In this document: in pieces, positions 62,001 through 64,000 of the stretch
How positions within the stretch are numbered: position 1 is the first letter of the stretch
Layout: every line of letters starts with the position of its first letter
NCBI GenBank assembly: GCA_963843145.1
Contig: CAWJJC010000020.1
Coordinates: 352,001 to 416,000, forward strand
Direction of reading: 5' to 3'
Length of the DNA: 64,000 bases
Origin: an uncultured delta proteobacterium
GTDB taxonomy: Bacteria; Desulfobacterota; RBG-13-43-22
Notes under the pieces: model-generated
The model's input: the letters and a program-made list of their open reading frames with translations, nothing else
Database searches by the model: none
What the model was told of the DNA's origin: nothing
Made by a program: the position numbers and the translations under genes

Positions 62001-62377
62001 AGAATACAGGTGTCCGTCTCTTCTTTAAATCGCGAGGCCTCCAGGCCGTATTCTTTGGCCAGTTTCTGAAGCAGCGGCACCTCGGAACACCGGGCCAGGA
62101 GCAATTCCACGATAAGCTGGCGGCCCTGCCGAACGGCTGGGGTCTCGGTCTGGACCTCCAACCCTTTCCAAATAGGGTAGTTACAGGCGGTGACAAACCG
62201 TGTTTTTCGGCCGTCGAAAATTTCTACCGTACAGAGACGGCACATTCCGGCAGGTTCCAGGGCCTTATGAAAACAGAGCGTCGGAATTCTAACCCCGTAT
62301 TTTTCAGCAACCTGAAGGATCGTCTGTCCTGCTTCTCCCTGAACCGGCTTATCGTTGAGCTTGAAGGCTATCATCAT
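59093..62377 (-). CDS. NuoG/HydA-like N-terminal Fe-S module fused to an HdrA-like flavoprotein
   Basis: IPTLC..GMCRLC..TAC, CILCGLCVRMC; then QCVGSRD, ANIRDQCSWVH, VVGGGVAG and C-terminal ferredoxin; the extreme C-terminus may be frameshifted. Confidence 0.88.
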   Translation of the reverse strand: MMIAFKLNDKPVQGEAGQTILQVAEKYGVRIPTLCFHKALEPAGMCRLCTVEIFDGRKTRFVTACNYPIWKGLEVQTETPAVRQGRQLIVELLLARCSEVPLLQKLAKEYGLEASRFKEETDTCILCGLCVRMCEKIGNSAISLTGRGLGMKVDTPFHLQTDMCLACGACASVCPTGHISIEKIRQQVTKLETALIPSEFNMGLGSRKPIYIPFPQAVPNTPTIDPQTCLHFKTGGCQVCTEFCESQAINHSQKDEIVELEVGAIILSPGFETFNADLKPEFGHGRYPNVLTSLEYERLLSAGGPFQGHIARPSDQKEPLKIAWIQCVGSRDASIGNDYCSYVCCMYATKQAVISKEHIPAVEPTIFFIDIRAQGKGFDRYYERAKQDQGVRYVRSHISRVTENPRTHDLQIAYIDEQDAFQTETFDLVILSVGLKPHSEALALAKTLGVQIDRFGFCQTPEFNIVGTSQPGIFVSGVFQNPKDIPETVTQASGAAAEAAALLSEARGTQISEMVFPEERGVQGEEPRIGVLICHCGINIAGIVDVEKVTEYAKTLPGVVYADHFLFTCSTDSQDRMQQVIQEEGLNRVIVASCSPRTHEGLFQETLRKAGLNKYLFEMANIRDQCSWVHQADPEIATEKAQDLVRMSVARAQLLEPLYEIPFQVNQKALVVGGGVAGMTAALNLADQGFETYLVEKSDRLGGNALRLAFTLEGFDVNEYLQRLIGQIQDHPKVRLLTQTKLLDVQGHIGKFKSNIEHQGQKDVLEYGAVVVATGGSEYTPEEYAYGQDPRVQTQLELHQWLSREPEMVSQVKQVVMIQCVGSREEAHPYCSRVCCSTAVANALKIKELSPRTEVIVLYRDMRTYGQKELFYKKAREAGVRFVRFEPEAKPEVTVEEGKLEVKVLDQNLKIGIVFRPDRLVLSAAVRPAPEAKGFASLLKLPLDADGFFLEAHIKLRPLDFANAGMFLCGLGHGPKSLEESISQAKGAAARAATVLAQEQISVGGQVAVVDQERCIVCLTCVRTCPFGVPQVNEEGMIEINPAACQGCGNCASACPRKLIQVQNQRDDQIMAKETALFEWGGTARSWGSVFPEA

Positions 62378-62391
62378 GGGATTCCCTGTAT

Positions 62392-64000
62392 TTATCGAAT
62401 AACCACTGCCCCGAACTTGCAGGCTTCATAGCAGATCCCGCATTTTATGCAGAGGCCCTGGTCCAGAAGATGCGGTCCTTTTTTTTCTCCGGCAATGGCT
62501 TCCTTCGGACATTTACGCGCACAGACCTGGCAGCCGGTACAGGCCCGTTCGTCGATCTCGTAATGGAAAAGCGGTTTGCAGACCCCGGCCGGACACTTCT
62601 TGTCCCGAATGTGGGCCTCGTACTCTTCCCGAAAATATAAAATGGTGGTCAACACCGGATTGGGGGCCGAGGTCCCCAAGCCGCATAAAGAAAACCGCTG
62701 AATCGTCTCTCCTAACTCCTGAAGGAGTTCGATATCACCCTCCTGTCCGTGCCCCGCACAGATCCCCGTCAAAATTTCCAGAATCTGTTTGATCCCTTCC
62801 CGACAGGGAATGCACTGACCGCAGGATTCCTCCTTGAGAAAATCCATAAAATAGCGGGCCACATCCACCATGCAGGTGTCTTGATCCATGACGATCATCC
62901 CGCCGGAACCCATCATCGATCCCACTTTGGTCAGTTCATCAAAATCAACGCTCAGATCAAGAAACCGTTCAGGGATGCATCCTCCCGAAGGGCCGCCGGT
63001 TTGAACCGCTTTAAACTTTTTCTTTTTCGGAATGCCGCCCCCGATGTCATAAATAATTTTTCTCAGGGTGGTACCCATGGGGACCTCGACCAGTCCGGTG
63101 TTGACTACTTTCCCCACCAAGGAAAAAATCTTGGTCCCTTTGCTGTGGGGGGTGCCGATGGAAGCATACCAGTCCGGACCGTTATTCAAGATCACCGGGA
63201 CATTGGCCCAGGTTTCCACATTGTTGAGCAGGGAGGGATTTTGACGAAAACCCTTTTCCACCGTATGAATGTATTTGGCCCGGGGCCGCCCGGCTTTCCC
63301 TTCCAGTGAAGTCATTAAAGCGGTGGATTCTCCGCAGACAAAAGCCCCCCCGCCACGGCTGATATGAAGATCAAAATCAAAACCGGAGCCCAGGATGTCG
63401 CTGCCCAACAACCCGTATTCTCGCGCTTTTTCCAGGGCCAGCGTCAAATTTTTCACCGCCAGCGGATATTCGTGGCGCACATAAACATAGCCCTTCCGGG
63501 ATCCAACGGCCAGGGCGCCGATGATCATTCCTTCGAGGACACTGTGGGGGTTCCCTTCCAACAGGCTCCTGTCCATATACGCTCCGGGATCTCCCTCGTC
63601 GGCGTTGCAAATGACGTAGCGATCGCCGTCAAACTTCCGGCACGATTGCCACTTTATGCCCGTCGGAAATCCACCGCCGCCCCGTCCCCGCAACCCGGAG
63701 CTTTTGATGATCTCAATAATTTTTTCGGGGGTCTCGTCAAACAAGGCCTTTTCCAAGGCGGCATAGCCGCCTAAACCGATATAATCCTCAATACTGGTGG
63801 GATCCAGGAGGCCGTTGTTTCCGAAAATGATTCTCTTTTGAAGCCGGTAGAACGGGATGTCCTCTTCTCGGACAATCTTCTTTTTACTGGTCGGGTCTCT
63901 AAAAACAAGCGACTCGACCAGCGCTCCGGTCTTAATGGTCTTCTCTAAAATTTCGGGAACATTTTCCGCCTTAACCTGGGGGTAGAAAATGCCCTCCGGG
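62392..64000 (-). CDS. NuoF/HydB-like NADH-binding flavoprotein with C-terminal 2x[4Fe-4S] (5' end outside window)
   Basis: [45 protein letters not shown] and ESCGQC.PCR.G. Confidence 0.93.
   Translation of the reverse strand, partial: PEGIFYPQVKAENVPEILEKTIKTGALVESLVFRDPTSKKKIVREEDIPFYRLQKRIIFGNNGLLDPTSIEDYIGLGGYAALEKALFDETPEKIIEIIKSSGLRGRGGGGFPTGIKWQSCRKFDGDRYVICNADEGDPGAYMDRSLLEGNPHSVLEGMIIGALAVGSRKGYVYVRHEYPLAVKNLTLALEKAREYGLLGSDILGSGFDFDLHISRGGGAFVCGESTALMTSLEGKAGRPRAKYIHTVEKGFRQNPSLLNNVETWANVPVILNNGPDWYASIGTPHSKGTKIFSLVGKVVNTGLVEVPMGTTLRKIIYDIGGGIPKKKKFKAVQTGGPSGGCIPERFLDLSVDFDELTKVGSMMGSGGMIVMDQDTCMVDVARYFMDFLKEESCGQCIPCREGIKQILEILTGICAGHGQEGDIELLQELGETIQRFSLCGLGTSAPNPVLTTILYFREEYEAHIRDKKCPAGVCKPLFHYEIDERACTGCQVCARKCPKEAIAGEKKGPHLLDQGLCIKCGICYEACKFGAVVIR

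Noticed and set aside
1569-63774. Numerous long antisense or alternate-frame ORFs in the track (e.g. 20443-21186, 28570-29316, 59981-60844)
   Set aside because: They are shadows of well-supported genes in GC-rich DNA and carry no recognisable motifs.
1-64000. tRNA, rRNA, CRISPR array, prophage or integrase genes
   Set aside because: None recognised by eye; tRNAscan or Infernal would be needed to exclude small RNAs.

Overview
GC-rich bacterial window. Gene content (Hdr/Qmo/Mvh, MetVF, AhbB, selenoproteins, sigma-54 two-component systems) fits an anaerobic Desulfobacterota/Syntrophales-like organism. Many single-base frameshifts in otherwise intact genes look like assembly errors. 1-16 kb: housekeeping and regulatory genes (rne fragment, PAS kinase/NarL pair, mscL, fdhE, hemL, ilvD, histone-H1-like protein). 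16-34.4 kb: potassium region with kdpFABC, a split kinase-less KdpD (one part fused to a PTS-EIIA domain) and two paralogous sigma-54 regulator/kinase modules, each with a -24/-12 promoter. 35-41 kb: hdrCBA-like operon with a selenocysteine HdrA and a membrane-bound HdrC carrying a CxxCH motif. 42.2-51.9 kb: defence island with toxin-antitoxin modules, restriction-modification remnants and an IS481 element. Its core, and the top finding, is an AT-rich two-gene cassette: a UG/Abi-like reverse transcriptase (YVDD) overlapping a compact family-A DNA polymerase, a candidate phage-defence system. 53.5-64 kb: NuoF-like, HdrA-like, Sec-MvhD, MetV, MetF and QmoAB-like cluster, a probable electron-bifurcating methylene-THF reductase. 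All calls come from reading motifs by eye; no database searches were run.
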